Origin: Gemmatimonadota bacterium
Lineage (GTDB): Bacteria > Gemmatimonadota > Gemmatimonadetes > Palauibacterales > KS3-K002
Assembly (NCBI GenBank): GCA_020344375.1
Contig: CP070823.1
Coordinates: forward strand, 976,617 to 1,040,616
Length of the DNA stretch: 64,000 nucleotides
Direction of reading: 5' to 3'
Below the pieces are notes generated by a model. The model had not been told where the DNA came from. It saw nothing but the letters and a program-made list of their open reading frames with translations, and did not search any database. Position numbers and translations under genes: made by a program. This document shows, in pieces, positions 21,409 to 31,437 of this stretch (its first letter is position 1; the number at the start of each line of letters is the position of its first letter).

Positions 21409-24075
21409 TCACGGGAGCGGCTCGACGTCGGTGTCGCGCACGGGGATCACGACCACGCCGTTTTCCGTGACCCCGTACAGCCTCAACACCACGTTTGCCG
21501 CATCCATTGGCAACCGTCCCGTGATCCGCAACGGTCCGACGATCGGATCGCGGATGAAGATCTCACCCCTCGAGAAGTCGAAGAAATACGTGTCGACGAT
21601 CTCGACGCGGGCGTCCCCGGAGCCGAGGAACGACAGGCGCTCCTCATCTGGGCCCAGAATCAGGCCGTTATCGTGATCCGGGTGCAGCGCGGCGCCCACA
21701 CCCTCGGGGTTGATGTCGTTGTTCGTCCCCAGCAAACGCAGCACGTTGGGTTCCCCAGGTACATCCGGGCCGAAGTAGAAGGCGACCTCGCCGCGCCCCA
21801 CGCCCAGGCTGCCGTCCAGGTTCAGCGCCAGACCGTACACGCGCTGGGCAGCGTTGCCCGTGAGGTCTGTGACCTGCAGCGAGTTGGTGATCGTCTGACT
21901 CGCTGACCGATACATCATGATGCGACCCGGCCGATCCGGCGTATCGCCCTCGCCGAAGGCGACATACTCGCGGTCGCCGCTGCGGGCCACGAAGGTCGTG
22001 TCCTGGAGGCCGATGCTCGGGATGACGAGATCGGTCAGCACAGCCACATCCCAGCCGTGACCCGGGCCGATGCCGCCATAGGCGGGATCGTTCATCGTGT
22101 CGACCTGGACCCGGGCATCTCCCACCGAATCATTGGCGATGATGCAGCGGCGATCGGCCCGGTTGGCACGGTCATGATCGCAGATCTTGAACCTGCGGTT
22201 GCCATCCATCCCGAAGACCGAGTCGGCGTTGACGATCTGGATCTGCGGGGTCGTAGACGCCCTTCGCTCCGCGTAGTCGATGAAGAAGCGGAGCTCTTGC
22301 TGGGTCGGATCGTATTCGCGGATCGTCCCGGGCTGCTCGTCCGCCAGCGCGGGCCGAGTCGAGTAGAGTACGAGCCCGTTGGCGGCCTGCGCGATGAACT
22401 GGGGGCGGTCCGAGTAATCGAAAGCCCTGACGGGAAAGACCCTGATTCCGAAAGCGTCCCAATCCTCAACAACCAGGTACACCTGGAGATCCTGCGTCTG
22501 GTAACGATCCACCTCGCCTTGGATATTCGGCGATACGGGATCTCGCGGCCCCAGACTTACGACGGAGATATTCGTGCCGCCGGAGTTCGACACCAGCAGG
22601 TTGTCCTCCGACTGATCGATCTCCAGACCCCAGGGCTCAGAGCCCACGGGAACGCTGGGCAGGAACATCTCCTCGCGCAGGTGGAAAGGCCGGACCGCGC
22701 CGAACTCGAAATCAGAGAGCAGCAGCAGCTCGCGCCAAGTGTCGACGGCAGCATCCGCGATGAGCGCGCCCTGCGGGAAGCCGACGGTGCGCCCGGAAAC
22801 GATCAGGCGTTCCTCCATGCCACCTGAGATGCCTTGCGCGAATCTCGGGTCGCTGCCGGTGCACACTAGGCTGCCCTCCGAGCCCTGTGTGTCGACCGTG
22901 GCGCCGCAATTCGCGGGCGACGCGGCATCGAACGCCCACGCCGTCAGCTCGAAGAACAGGGTGTCCGGGATATCGTTCTCGGTGAACACCGAAGCGAAGC
23001 GCGGATCCGCCGGCATGAAGGCGAAATCGAAGGGCACCGTGCCGCTGATCGGAGTCGCGAACACGTTGTCATCGAACACCGTAACTGTCACCAAGCCGCC
23101 GGTCCTCTGGTTGCCGACCACGACGGTCACGCCCACGCGCGTGATCGCATTCTCCCGATCAAAGGCCACGAGCATGACCAGCAGCGAGTCGTCGGCTTCC
23201 ATGCGCAGCGGTTCGTCCTGACGACGCTGCACGCCGCCGGTTACCACCATGCTCACGACGGGCGGATTGGCGTCATCGGTGACCTGTTGGGCCACGGTCA
23301 CGGTGATCGAGGCGAACCCGCTGATGCTGTTGAGGTTGATCGCCTCAGCCGTAATCGTCAGCTCACCCAAGGCACCGCTTGGGATAAAAAAATCCAGCAG
23401 GGTGTCTACGCTGGTGCGGAATTCAGCGAACCGAATCGTGTCGGCGGCCGGGATAGCCGGCGGATCCACGTCGGGATTGAACAGCAGGACGTTGAGCTGT
23501 GCCAGCCCGGTGGGATCGGTCGCTGTGATGCCGACGCGGATCAGTGTGTTATCGCGAACGGTCTGGCCAGGCATAGGGGAATAGATCGATACGTTCGGTC
23601 CACCCAACCCACCGCCGGGGCCTCCGCCGACTATGACAAACGCAGAACTCTCGGACCGGTTTCCTTGGGAGTCCTCCGCGATGGCACGGATCTGGACCCG
23701 GGTAGGCTGCGTGAACCCGAGGAACCAGGTGGTGTTGACGGTGAACTCGGTCACACGACCGGCCGTGCGAGCCGTATCGGAGCTCAGCAACCTGCCGAGT
23801 GTGATCGTGTCACCCTCTGCGGTGATGATCGTCTCCAACTGATCAGTTCGACGAATCTCGGTCACCACAAGCGACACACTGATGTAGTCTTCCGCCTTCA
23901 CGGATGTCTTCAGCGTGTCGCCCGACTGTGATACGTCAGTGATCGAGATGACTGGCGGGGTCGTATCCACGAGGGGCCCGTAGACGGCGTCATCCTCCTC
24001 GCACGCCGCGATTCCCAACACCGTCACGGCCACTAGGCCTGCCGTCAGTCGCGCCCATCCCCTTGCACCTAGCAT
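21409..24075 (-). CDS. Large predicted lipoprotein, Ig-like repeats plus C-terminal beta-propeller-like region; encoded directly after pilQ
   Basis: 888 aa with signal plus lipobox (VLGIAAC). The N-terminal half consists of beta-rich repeats of about 100 aa. The C-terminal 400 aa are Gly/Asp/Asn-rich, as expected for a beta-propeller. Own SD (GAGGGAG) 76 nt after the pilQ stop, same strand. Confidence 0.6.
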   Translation of the reverse strand: MLGARGWARLTAGLVAVTVLGIAACEEDDAVYGPLVDTTPPVISITDVSQSGDTLKTSVKAEDYISVSLVVTEIRRTDQLETIITAEGDTITLGRLLSSDTARTAGRVTEFTVNTTWFLGFTQPTRVQIRAIAEDSQGNRSESSAFVIVGGGPGGGLGGPNVSIYSPMPGQTVRDNTLIRVGITATDPTGLAQLNVLLFNPDVDPPAIPAADTIRFAEFRTSVDTLLDFFIPSGALGELTITAEAINLNSISGFASITVTVAQQVTDDANPPVVSMVVTGGVQRRQDEPLRMEADDSLLVMLVAFDRENAITRVGVTVVVGNQRTGGLVTVTVFDDNVFATPISGTVPFDFAFMPADPRFASVFTENDIPDTLFFELTAWAFDAASPANCGATVDTQGSEGSLVCTGSDPRFAQGISGGMEERLIVSGRTVGFPQGALIADAAVDTWRELLLLSDFEFGAVRPFHLREEMFLPSVPVGSEPWGLEIDQSEDNLLVSNSGGTNISVVSLGPRDPVSPNIQGEVDRYQTQDLQVYLVVEDWDAFGIRVFPVRAFDYSDRPQFIAQAANGLVLYSTRPALADEQPGTIREYDPTQQELRFFIDYAERRASTTPQIQIVNADSVFGMDGNRRFKICDHDRANRADRRCIIANDSVGDARVQVDTMNDPAYGGIGPGHGWDVAVLTDLVIPSIGLQDTTFVARSGDREYVAFGEGDTPDRPGRIMMYRSASQTITNSLQVTDLTGNAAQRVYGLALNLDGSLGVGRGEVAFYFGPDVPGEPNVLRLLGTNNDINPEGVGAALHPDHDNGLILGPDEERLSFLGSGDARVEIVDTYFFDFSRGEIFIRDPIVGPLRITGRLPMDAANVVLRLYGVTENGVVVIPVRDTDVEPLP

Positions 24076-24151
24076 AAGACTACTCCCTCACGTTGTTACC
24101 AGGCGGAAAGTGGCGCCACGCGCTATCGAAGTCACTGGCGCCATACAGCCC

Positions 24152-25999
24152 CTATCGCGCTGCTATGGCTTCGTCCACGATGTGCGGCGTCACCAGGATC
24201 AGCAGGTCACGCTTGTTGTCGTCGGACCTGATGGTCCTGAAGAGTCCGCCGATGAGGGGGAGGTCCATCAGGATCGGAACACCGCTCTCGCTCTTCGTTA
24301 CCTCTGTGACGGTGAGGCCGCCGATCACACCAGTCTCGCCATCACCCAATATCAGTCGCGTATCACCTTCCTGGGTCTGGAAGGTGAAGCCGATGTCGCC
24401 CGGTGCCAGCGCCACACCAGAGCGCTCGGCGTGCAGGTCGAGGACGACCTGACGGTCGTTCGTGATGTGCGGCGTCACCTCAAGCTTGATGCCCGTTTCC
24501 TCGAACCGTACGGTTGACTGCGGGAACTGGGCCTGCAAGCCACCTTCCTGGACCTGCTGCGCACCGCCGGCCGCGTAGTCGATCACGCGGATCGGAGTCC
24601 GCTCACCAACCAGAATGCTCGCCGGCTGGTTGTCCATGGTCTGTATCGTCGGTGCGGCAACGATGTCAGACAGATCCATCCGCTCCAGCACATCCACGAA
24701 GTTGAACAGCCGGAAGTCACCGACGGCGACCGCGGTGAGCAACTGCAGCGCCGGGGCCGCGATTCGGTCTCTGGCATTCGCCAACGCCGCCACCGATGCG
24801 CCCCTGAACGAAACCTGCGTCGAGGTCGTCAGCGGTTTGACGATCACGTCGGGCACGCCGTCGAAGTCAGAGTCCACGATCTCCCATTCTGTCGGGTCGA
24901 GCGTCGGACCCGGGTAGCTCTCATTGAGCTGATTCCCCGTGGCGTCCTTCAGGTCCCAGCCGATCCCCATCTCCTCGATATCGCTGCGGTCGACGAAGAT
25001 GATCTTGGCGGAGATCGTCACCTGCGGGGTCCTCACGTCGAGGTCCTCGATCAACTGCGCGGCGACCTCGATGTTCTCCTCGAGATCCGTGACGATGATC
25101 GAGTTCGTCGCCTCATTGGCGATCACCTGGCCACGCTCCGATATCGCCGGTTGTAGCGCGTTGGCGAGGTCTTGGACCGGCGCGTAGTTGATCTTGAAGA
25201 TGCGTGTCTGAAGCTGGACCAGCTGCTGCCGCTCCTGAAGGTTCTGCAACTGGTCGACGCGAATGATGCCGGTGGCCGTCTCGACCGCCGTCAGACCCTG
25301 CGCCTCGAGGATCGCTTTGAGGGCGAGGTCCCACGGCTGGTTTCGGATGTTGGCTGTGATGGCGCCTTCAACACCGGCGCCCGGGACGAACGACTTACCC
25401 GTGAAATCGGCAAACGTGTTGAGGACGTCGCGAATGTCCGTGTTCTCAAAAGTGACGGTGATTCTCGGCATCTGGCTGACCGGCGTGGCCTGCTGGCGGA
25501 AGGGGCTCTCCGGCTGCTGGCCCTGCGCGGGCGCCTGCCTCTGCTGCGTCTCGCGCGGCCGCGCCGCGACCGGTGCGGGAGCGGCAGGCTCTGGCGAACC
25601 GCGCCCGCTGGCCCACGAGTCGAATGTCTCGCCCGCCAGATTCGGGAACGAGACTCGGATCTCGCCTCCCTGGCGCGTCAGCGTGTAGCTGGTCGGTGCA
25701 ACCAGCTCCACGACGATGCGAACCACGTCGTCACGGAACTGGCTGGTCCTCACCCGCACGACACCGCCGCGATTGATGTTCTCGAAGTTGTCACTCGGCA
25801 GAGCGTGACGAGCGCTCTTGAGATCGACGATCAGCCGGGGCGGGTCAGTGAGCAGGAAGTCCGAGTAGCTGACCTCGCCGCTCGTGCGAACCACGACCTC
25901 GGTATACCCGGCCGCTGGTTCCACCCTCAGCTCGGTCACGCTTGCAGGGTCGCCACCCCCGGCCGAGACAAAGATCAATAGCAGCGCATGGAGCATCAT
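24152..25999 (-). CDS. pilQ: Type IV pilus secretin PilQ
   Basis: 615 aa with an N-terminal AMIN-like domain and a Pro/Ala/Gln linker. The C-terminal secretin domain ends ...LLILVTPHIV. Last gene of the pilMNOPQ order. Confidence 0.9.
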   Translation of the reverse strand: MMLHALLLIFVSAGGGDPASVTELRVEPAAGYTEVVVRTSGEVSYSDFLLTDPPRLIVDLKSARHALPSDNFENINRGGVVRVRTSQFRDDVVRIVVELVAPTSYTLTRQGGEIRVSFPNLAGETFDSWASGRGSPEPAAPAPVAARPRETQQRQAPAQGQQPESPFRQQATPVSQMPRITVTFENTDIRDVLNTFADFTGKSFVPGAGVEGAITANIRNQPWDLALKAILEAQGLTAVETATGIIRVDQLQNLQERQQLVQLQTRIFKINYAPVQDLANALQPAISERGQVIANEATNSIIVTDLEENIEVAAQLIEDLDVRTPQVTISAKIIFVDRSDIEEMGIGWDLKDATGNQLNESYPGPTLDPTEWEIVDSDFDGVPDVIVKPLTTSTQVSFRGASVAALANARDRIAAPALQLLTAVAVGDFRLFNFVDVLERMDLSDIVAAPTIQTMDNQPASILVGERTPIRVIDYAAGGAQQVQEGGLQAQFPQSTVRFEETGIKLEVTPHITNDRQVVLDLHAERSGVALAPGDIGFTFQTQEGDTRLILGDGETGVIGGLTVTEVTKSESGVPILMDLPLIGGLFRTIRSDDNKRDLLILVTPHIVDEAIAAR

Positions 26000-26439
26000 C
26001 CTTGCTCCTCCTCTTCTCTTCGAATGCGCAGTGTCTCACTACGCGTCACACCGAACTGGCTGACTTGGAAGACCACTGCGTCCGGCCGGATTTCTACCAC
26101 CCGTGCGTTGCCGGCGCTGTCACCACGGCGCAGGCGAAACCGCTTGTTCGTGGCGCGGTCGATCAGCGTGGCCACGCTGCCGTGGGACCCTCCGAAGATG
26201 ATGCCGACAAGATCCAGGTTCTCGAACTGAGGGCCGGCATCTTCGAGCGTAAGCAGACTGATAAAGGGATCACGGCGGTTATCTGTGGGATAGACGAACT
26301 TCTCGCGCCGATATATGACATCGCTTTGCCCAGCCTGCCCGGTAGCCCGTGTGGTGTCTTGCAGGGCCACCGGGTCCGGCGCGGCGCCGAGTCCCAGGCT
26401 GGCACACGCGGTGACCAAGATCAGAGCAGCATTAACCAC
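25996..26439 (-). CDS. pilP: Type IV pilus assembly lipoprotein PilP-like
   Basis: GTG at 26439 gives VVNAALILVTACASLG... (lipobox), 147 aa, in the correct slot between pilO and pilQ. The longer tracked ORF (to 26751) overlaps pilO and is Arg/Ser-rich. Confidence 0.7.
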   Translation of the reverse strand: MVNAALILVTACASLGLGAAPDPVALQDTTRATGQAGQSDVIYRREKFVYPTDNRRDPFISLLTLEDAGPQFENLDLVGIIFGGSHGSVATLIDRATNKRFRLRRGDSAGNARVVEIRPDAVVFQVSQFGVTRSETLRIRREEEEQG

Positions 26440-27052
26440 GGGAAGACGCTCCTTGAGCCTGTGGCGCCTGTGCCTGGCCGACAACGCCGAGAACGAAGGT
26501 CTCGATCCTGAAAGACACCTCCAGCGGAGCCTCCATGTCCCGCGTCGCACGGCTGCGGGGTGCGATGCTGATCTGCACACCAGTGGGCTTGATGATCCGC
26601 GGAAGCGAGGCGATCCGGGCGAGATACCGCCCGATGTTGTGGTACTCGCCGAGCACAGACAGCTCCCACGTCTGCCTCGTGTAGTACTCGCCAACCTCGC
26701 TCGCCTGCGGCCGGAGCCGAGACACGTCCACACCCGTGAGCTGCGCCTCACGCGTGATCGCGTCCAGCAGTTCCGGAACCTCCTCCGAGTCCGGGATGAA
26801 CTCCTCGAAGATCCTGAGCTGACGCTCCTGGATTTCCATTCGTGCGTTCAGGTCATCTCGTCGCGCGGCCAGCGCTCGCGAGCGCCGGTTCTGGCTTTCA
26901 AGCAACTCCAGCCGGCTCTCCATGGCGCTGACGTTCTCCTGCCTCGGGTCGAGCACGTACATCTTCGCGACGTACCAACCGGCCCCGACGAGGGCCAATA
27001 TCAGGATGAGTGCCTGTTTCCGTCCTTTAGGATCAGCCGGTAACACAGCCAC
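26432..27052 (-). CDS. pilO: Type IV pilus assembly protein PilO
   Basis: 206 aa with a single TM, a coiled-coil, and a ferredoxin-like C-terminus. Position in the operon fits. Confidence 0.8.
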   Translation of the reverse strand: MAVLPADPKGRKQALILILALVGAGWYVAKMYVLDPRQENVSAMESRLELLESQNRRSRALAARRDDLNARMEIQERQLRIFEEFIPDSEEVPELLDAITREAQLTGVDVSRLRPQASEVGEYYTRQTWELSVLGEYHNIGRYLARIASLPRIIKPTGVQISIAPRSRATRDMEAPLEVSFRIETFVLGVVGQAQAPQAQGASSRG

Positions 27053-27057
27053 AGATC

Positions 27058-27726
27058 TTACTCCCCTGCCAGGATGATGGGCTCGGTGACGATCGCCGAG
27101 GAATCCGGGGGCTGGTACCGAGCCATCAGAACGAAATTGTGCACCAATCTCTGACCCTGCTGTATCTGCTCCTGCGAGACCAGCCGAACGTCGCGTATAA
27201 ACGGCGAGTCCTCAAGGTCGCGCATGAAACGCGTTAGCGCGTAGGTCGCGCCCGTCATCCCGTCGATCCGGAACTCGATGCTGCTGCCACTCCCTGACGT
27301 CTGCTGCACCCCCATCAGCCAGGTGAAGTCCGGCAGCGCGGCACTCACATCGTCCATGATGTGTGCCCAAACGAAGCGATCCGAATCGATCTCGCGGATG
27401 ATCCGCATCTTCTGCTCCAGCGTGTCGCGCCGCGCTTCGAGGCTGTCAGCCGCCGCGATCGCTTCGGCGTAGCGGATGGAGTCCTGACGCTGGATCGTCA
27501 GCTCGCCGTCAATCCGACTGATCGAGAGGCCCTGTGTGAAGAACGTGAAGCCGATGTGCAGGACGGCCAACACCGCGAGGGCGACCACACCGATCACCCA
27601 CGGATCGCCCCTGATCATCTCGCGCAGGCCCTCGAACTTCGGTACCGACGGTTTCCTCGGCCCCTTCGCCCGCGCCACTCCCCGCTTTCCGCCGGGGAGC
27701 AGGTTCATCTCAATCAGCGCCAGCAT
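27058..27726 (-). CDS. pilN: Type IV pilus assembly protein PilN
   Basis: N-terminal MNLLPGGKR motif (INLLP-type PilM-binding peptide) and a single TM. The true start may be Met7 (27708). Confidence 0.8.
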   Translation of the reverse strand: MLALIEMNLLPGGKRGVARAKGPRKPSVPKFEGLREMIRGDPWVIGVVALAVLAVLHIGFTFFTQGLSISRIDGELTIQRQDSIRYAEAIAAADSLEARRDTLEQKMRIIREIDSDRFVWAHIMDDVSAALPDFTWLMGVQQTSGSGSSIEFRIDGMTGATYALTRFMRDLEDSPFIRDVRLVSQEQIQQGQRLVHNFVLMARYQPPDSSAIVTEPIILAGE

Positions 27727-27770
27727 TGCAAGATCCGTTCGACCATAGGTTCAGAAGCCGGTAACGTGCC

Positions 27771-28817
27771 TCAGGCTGCACGTCGCAGCGCGAGCCCAAC
27801 CGGAAGCATCAACATCGGACCCATGTCCGCGATCGAGATGAGGTCGAACGCACCTGGGTCCACGTCCACCCGCTGCACCGGGTTGGCGATCTCAGCCGGT
27901 ACCTGCAGACGGTCGGCCAACGCTTCCGCCATACGGAGTACGCGGGCACCCCCGCCGCAGACGTAGATCCTAGACAGGCCCGCGTGTGAGCTGCCCGCGT
28001 GCAGAAATGCAGCAGCCCGCTCCACGCCGAGGGCAACCTCCTCGGCGCGCTGGCCGATGAAATCCTCGAGCTCCGGATCGCTGCTTCGTCCCTCGAGCAC
28101 GTCCTCCGCCGTCTCGGCCGTGAGGCCGCGTTCCCTCTGCAGGCTCTCACGCAGCCGTCGGGTTCCGAAGGCGAGATCCCGGGTGAGCACCGGCACGCCA
28201 TTTTCGAGCAGATTCACGTTCGTCGTCTCGTGACCGATGTTCACAAATCCGACTACGCCGGTCATCGCCTCCGGATAGTTCAACTCGAAGGCGTTGTGCA
28301 GCGCGAACGCGTCGATATCGATGATCTCGGGCTCCAACCCCGCATCGAGCAGCAAAGCCACCTTGTTCTCGATCAGCTCACGCTTCGCCGCCACGAGCAG
28401 CACGCTCATTTGCAGACCCTCTTCCAACGGATCGAGAATCTGGAAATCGAGTTCGACGCTCTCCATGTCGAACGGAACGTGCTGCTCGGCTTCCCAGCGG
28501 ATCACTTCCCGGGCATCGGATTCCTTCATCCGATCCATCTGGATCCGCTTGATGATGACGTCGCGGCCGCCCACCGCCGTCACCACCTTCTTCTCCCTCA
28601 CTCCCCCCGTCTCGAACAGCGAGCGAATGGTGCTGGCGACCAAGGTCGGGTCCATCACCTCGCCCTCCACGATCGCATCGGCCACCAACGGCGCGGCAGC
28701 GGCACTCACGATGCGCGGCCGCCCCTTCCCGTGCTGCATGACGACCAGCTTGATGTAGCCGCTGCCGATGTCGAGTCCTACGGTCCGCTTGCTGCGGCCC
28801 AGTCCGAAGAGAGCCAT
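27771..28817 (-). CDS. pilM: Type IV pilus assembly ATPase-fold protein PilM
   Basis: 348 aa, actin-like, with VGLDIGSGYIKLVVM at the N-terminus. Confidence 0.9.
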   Translation of the reverse strand: MALFGLGRSKRTVGLDIGSGYIKLVVMQHGKGRPRIVSAAAAPLVADAIVEGEVMDPTLVASTIRSLFETGGVREKKVVTAVGGRDVIIKRIQMDRMKESDAREVIRWEAEQHVPFDMESVELDFQILDPLEEGLQMSVLLVAAKRELIENKVALLLDAGLEPEIIDIDAFALHNAFELNYPEAMTGVVGFVNIGHETTNVNLLENGVPVLTRDLAFGTRRLRESLQRERGLTAETAEDVLEGRSSDPELEDFIGQRAEEVALGVERAAAFLHAGSSHAGLSRIYVCGGGARVLRMAEALADRLQVPAEIANPVQRVDVDPGAFDLISIADMGPMLMLPVGLALRRAA

Positions 28818-28993
28818 GGCTGTGAAAGGTCTAGGTTCCTAGGGTGAAAGCTCGCTCGACCTCATGTGACGGTGAAAGCGAAGGTGACTAAGCTGTAGTG
28901 GGACCTAGGGGTAGGGCTCTGTATGATAGCCCCCCATGGTCACTTTGTCAACCATAGGCGGGGGAGACAACACGGGCCCGCCCTGGGGCAGCC

Positions 28994-30175
28994 CTACTCC
29001 AATATCTCCAGCCAGGCGAATTGCGCAAGGGGGTGCGGGACATGGAGTTTCGAGCCCTGCACGGCCCGTCGAATCGCGCAGCGGCTGTAGCTGATTCCCG
29101 CCCCTCCGCCGACCAGGTTGGACTCGCGGTCCTCGTTGTCAACCCACGCCGCCCCATACACCTGGCTACCGTGGTCGATCAGCGTGAGCCTTCCCTTCAC
29201 GATCAGCACACCGTAGAACTCGAACCCACCCGAGAGCGTCAAGTCTCCATCAACCAGGAGGATACCCTGCCCGCTGCCCGGGGACTCGATCGTCAGGTCG
29301 CCCGCTGCGTAGATAATCGGGAAGTAGTCGAAGCACGGGTGGCCCGGTAGACCCGGGGCGCCCCAGTTCTCTATCGCCGAGCGGGCACAGTCACCAGGTG
29401 GGCGCACGCGCGCCCGGATCTCCCTGAGCCTTGCATCCCCCGCGTGCACGATGTCGGCCAGTTCGGCCCGTTCCCGGAATAGCCGATCCAAGTCGGTCCG
29501 GACACCTCCTTCCGGGCTCGGTCGCTGGGCGACGGGAGGCCTGCCGTCGACGACCGCGCTCGGTTCCAGCCGCACCAGGTGGGCATCGTCGGTCACGACA
29601 CCCGTCCGCCCGCCAGGGGCAACAGATGCGCAGATCACCGAATCCGCCGCCCAGGAACTCGGTACGAAATCGATGCCCCGGATCACGCCTCCATCCGTCA
29701 CCTGCAGCTCCCCCCGCGTCGTCAGCGCGGCGTCACAGCAGAGGTCGTCGCTGGGACTTGCACGCAACAGCAAGGCAACCTGGCGACGGCCGCCCCAAGC
29801 ACCGTGGGCTCGGCCCGTCGACAGAGCGAGATAGTAGGCTTGGCCCGCGTGTTGCCCAGAATCCAGCCGCGTGACCCGTACCGCATAACGCTCGCCGGAG
29901 ACCAGCTGCCCGGACGCCATCAACACCGTGGCGCCGTGGGGCAGCGAATCCACCGCAGCCACATCCCAGTTAGCCAGCGCGACGCGGAGGCCGGCCTCGG
30001 CGGCGTAGAAGGCGGCGCTCGCTCGTGACCCGGCGACCCCGACACGCAACTGCTGCATCGCGACGTACAGACCGCCGCTCGCCAGAGCCGCGATGATCAC
30101 GACGGCGAGGATCGCCATAGTGAGGGCAAACCCGCCGCGGTGTATGGTCACGCTGGGCTGGGTCATCCGGGTCAC
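28994..30175 (-). CDS. PilX/GspK-like minor pilin (PilX_N-type hydrophobic N-terminus, no Glu5)
   Basis: RGGFALTMAILAVVIIAALASGGLYV N-terminus; 393 aa. Last gene of the fimT-pilV-pilW-pilX-like operon. Confidence 0.65.
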   Translation of the reverse strand: MTRMTQPSVTIHRGGFALTMAILAVVIIAALASGGLYVAMQQLRVGVAGSRASAAFYAAEAGLRVALANWDVAAVDSLPHGATVLMASGQLVSGERYAVRVTRLDSGQHAGQAYYLALSTGRAHGAWGGRRQVALLLRASPSDDLCCDAALTTRGELQVTDGGVIRGIDFVPSSWAADSVICASVAPGGRTGVVTDDAHLVRLEPSAVVDGRPPVAQRPSPEGGVRTDLDRLFRERAELADIVHAGDARLREIRARVRPPGDCARSAIENWGAPGLPGHPCFDYFPIIYAAGDLTIESPGSGQGILLVDGDLTLSGGFEFYGVLIVKGRLTLIDHGSQVYGAAWVDNEDRESNLVGGGAGISYSRCAIRRAVQGSKLHVPHPLAQFAWLEILE

Positions 30176-30178
30176 GAC

Positions 30179-31081
30179 CTACTCCACAGCGGACGCCTCT
30201 TCGCCGCGACTCATGTCCTCGGCTCGCGAGTTCCTCAGATGAACGCTGACCGACAGAGACTCGTGGAGGAAATCAGCTCCGCGGGTGCCCGGAATAGGCA
30301 GGGAGCTTTGCGTCTTGATGGAGATGTGGACCTGAACGACCTCACGTGGGTTCCGGGTCGGCACGCCGGCGGCACTCAAGTATTCGAGGCGCAGACCACC
30401 GCTGTCCGGCGCCGCGAACGGACCGGCCAAAGGCTGCACCCGCCCGCCGCGGAGCCGCTGGCCCAACCACCATCTCCCATCCCCTCCCAGGTACAGCTTG
30501 TACACGTAGGGCCGGAAGCCACGCACCGGGGCTCCAACGGTGACGCCTACCAGCGAGCCGCCTACGGCCAGTCCAAGCTCGGGCGTTCTACCGTCTGGAC
30601 ACCGACCCGCACCAGCTCTCAGCAACCTCCGTGTGTCCAGTGCCGCCCAGCGGTCATCGCGCGCGGTACCGGGGTCGCCGTCGCGGAAGATGAGCACACT
30701 GTCGGACTCCGTGTCTCCGAAGCTGCCCGTGACACGGCGCAAACTGATGTGATCCCCTGCGACACTACACGTGACGCCGAGGCCGGTGGTTGACCTCAGC
30801 GCGACGCTGTCACCTGACATGGCATAGAGGTCGCCGGCCGCCGTGCTCAGCGCCCGAAGCTCTGCGCCGAGGACCTCGGCTGCGATTCTGGCCGCATCAC
30901 GCGTCGCGGCGAGCTGAGCGTGTGCCGCGTAGTAGCGCTGCTGGCGGAGGAGCACAGCAGCGAGGGAACCCAAAATGACGGTGGCAACGGAGAGCGCGAG
31001 AACCACCTCGATGAACGAGTGCCCGGGGGGAAGTGATGCTCTCGCACGCCTATCCGCTTCCGAAGGCGCTCGCCTGCTCAC
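30179..31081 (-). CDS. PilW/GspJ-like minor pilin
   Basis: GTG at 31081 overlaps the pilV-like stop (GTGA). The prepilin motif G/HSFIEVVLAL has Glu at +5 after a leader of about 20 aa. The upstream 170 codons of the tracked ORF overlap the pilV-like gene and are discounted. Confidence 0.7.
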   Translation of the reverse strand: MSRRAPSEADRRARASLPPGHSFIEVVLALSVATVILGSLAAVLLRQQRYYAAHAQLAATRDAARIAAEVLGAELRALSTAAGDLYAMSGDSVALRSTTGLGVTCSVAGDHISLRRVTGSFGDTESDSVLIFRDGDPGTARDDRWAALDTRRLLRAGAGRCPDGRTPELGLAVGGSLVGVTVGAPVRGFRPYVYKLYLGGDGRWWLGQRLRGGRVQPLAGPFAAPDSGGLRLEYLSAAGVPTRNPREVVQVHISIKTQSSLPIPGTRGADFLHESLSVSVHLRNSRAEDMSRGEEASAVE

Positions 31082-31437
31082 GGATCCGCTGATCGGGCAG
31101 CGACGAACGTCACCAGGGTATCCGCGGCCTCCCAGCGGCCCAGACGCTGTCGTGCGACGAGGAGGATCTGCTTCGGGCTCACTCCACTCACCTCCCACTG
31201 CACGTGAAGATCTCCTTGCACGACCGCACCTGATCCCAGCCGATCGGGCCCTGAGGCCAAGAGTCGCTCCATCTCGGCCTGCGCCCGCACACTCACCTTT
31301 GTCCGCAGGTGTGAGATCTTCGTATTGGAAGAGACCACACTCACCGCGGCGCTCAGCCCGAGAACGCTGACCGCCAGCACCACGAGTGCCACCATCACCT
31401 CGACCAGGGTGAATCCGGACCCCAGCCCCTTGCTCAT
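31078..31437 (-). CDS. PilV/GspI-like minor pilin
   Basis: [23 protein letters not shown] class III signal peptide; 119 aa. Confidence 0.75.
   Translation of the reverse strand: MSKGLGSGFTLVEVMVALVVLAVSVLGLSAAVSVVSSNTKISHLRTKVSVRAQAEMERLLASGPDRLGSGAVVQGDLHVQWEVSGVSPKQILLVARQRLGRWEAADTLVTFVAARSADP

Noticed and set aside
25996-26751. Long form (251 aa) of the PilP-like ORF
   Set aside because: The upstream 104 codons overlap pilO and are Arg/Ser-rich nonsense. A GTG at 26439 gives a lipoprotein signal peptide.
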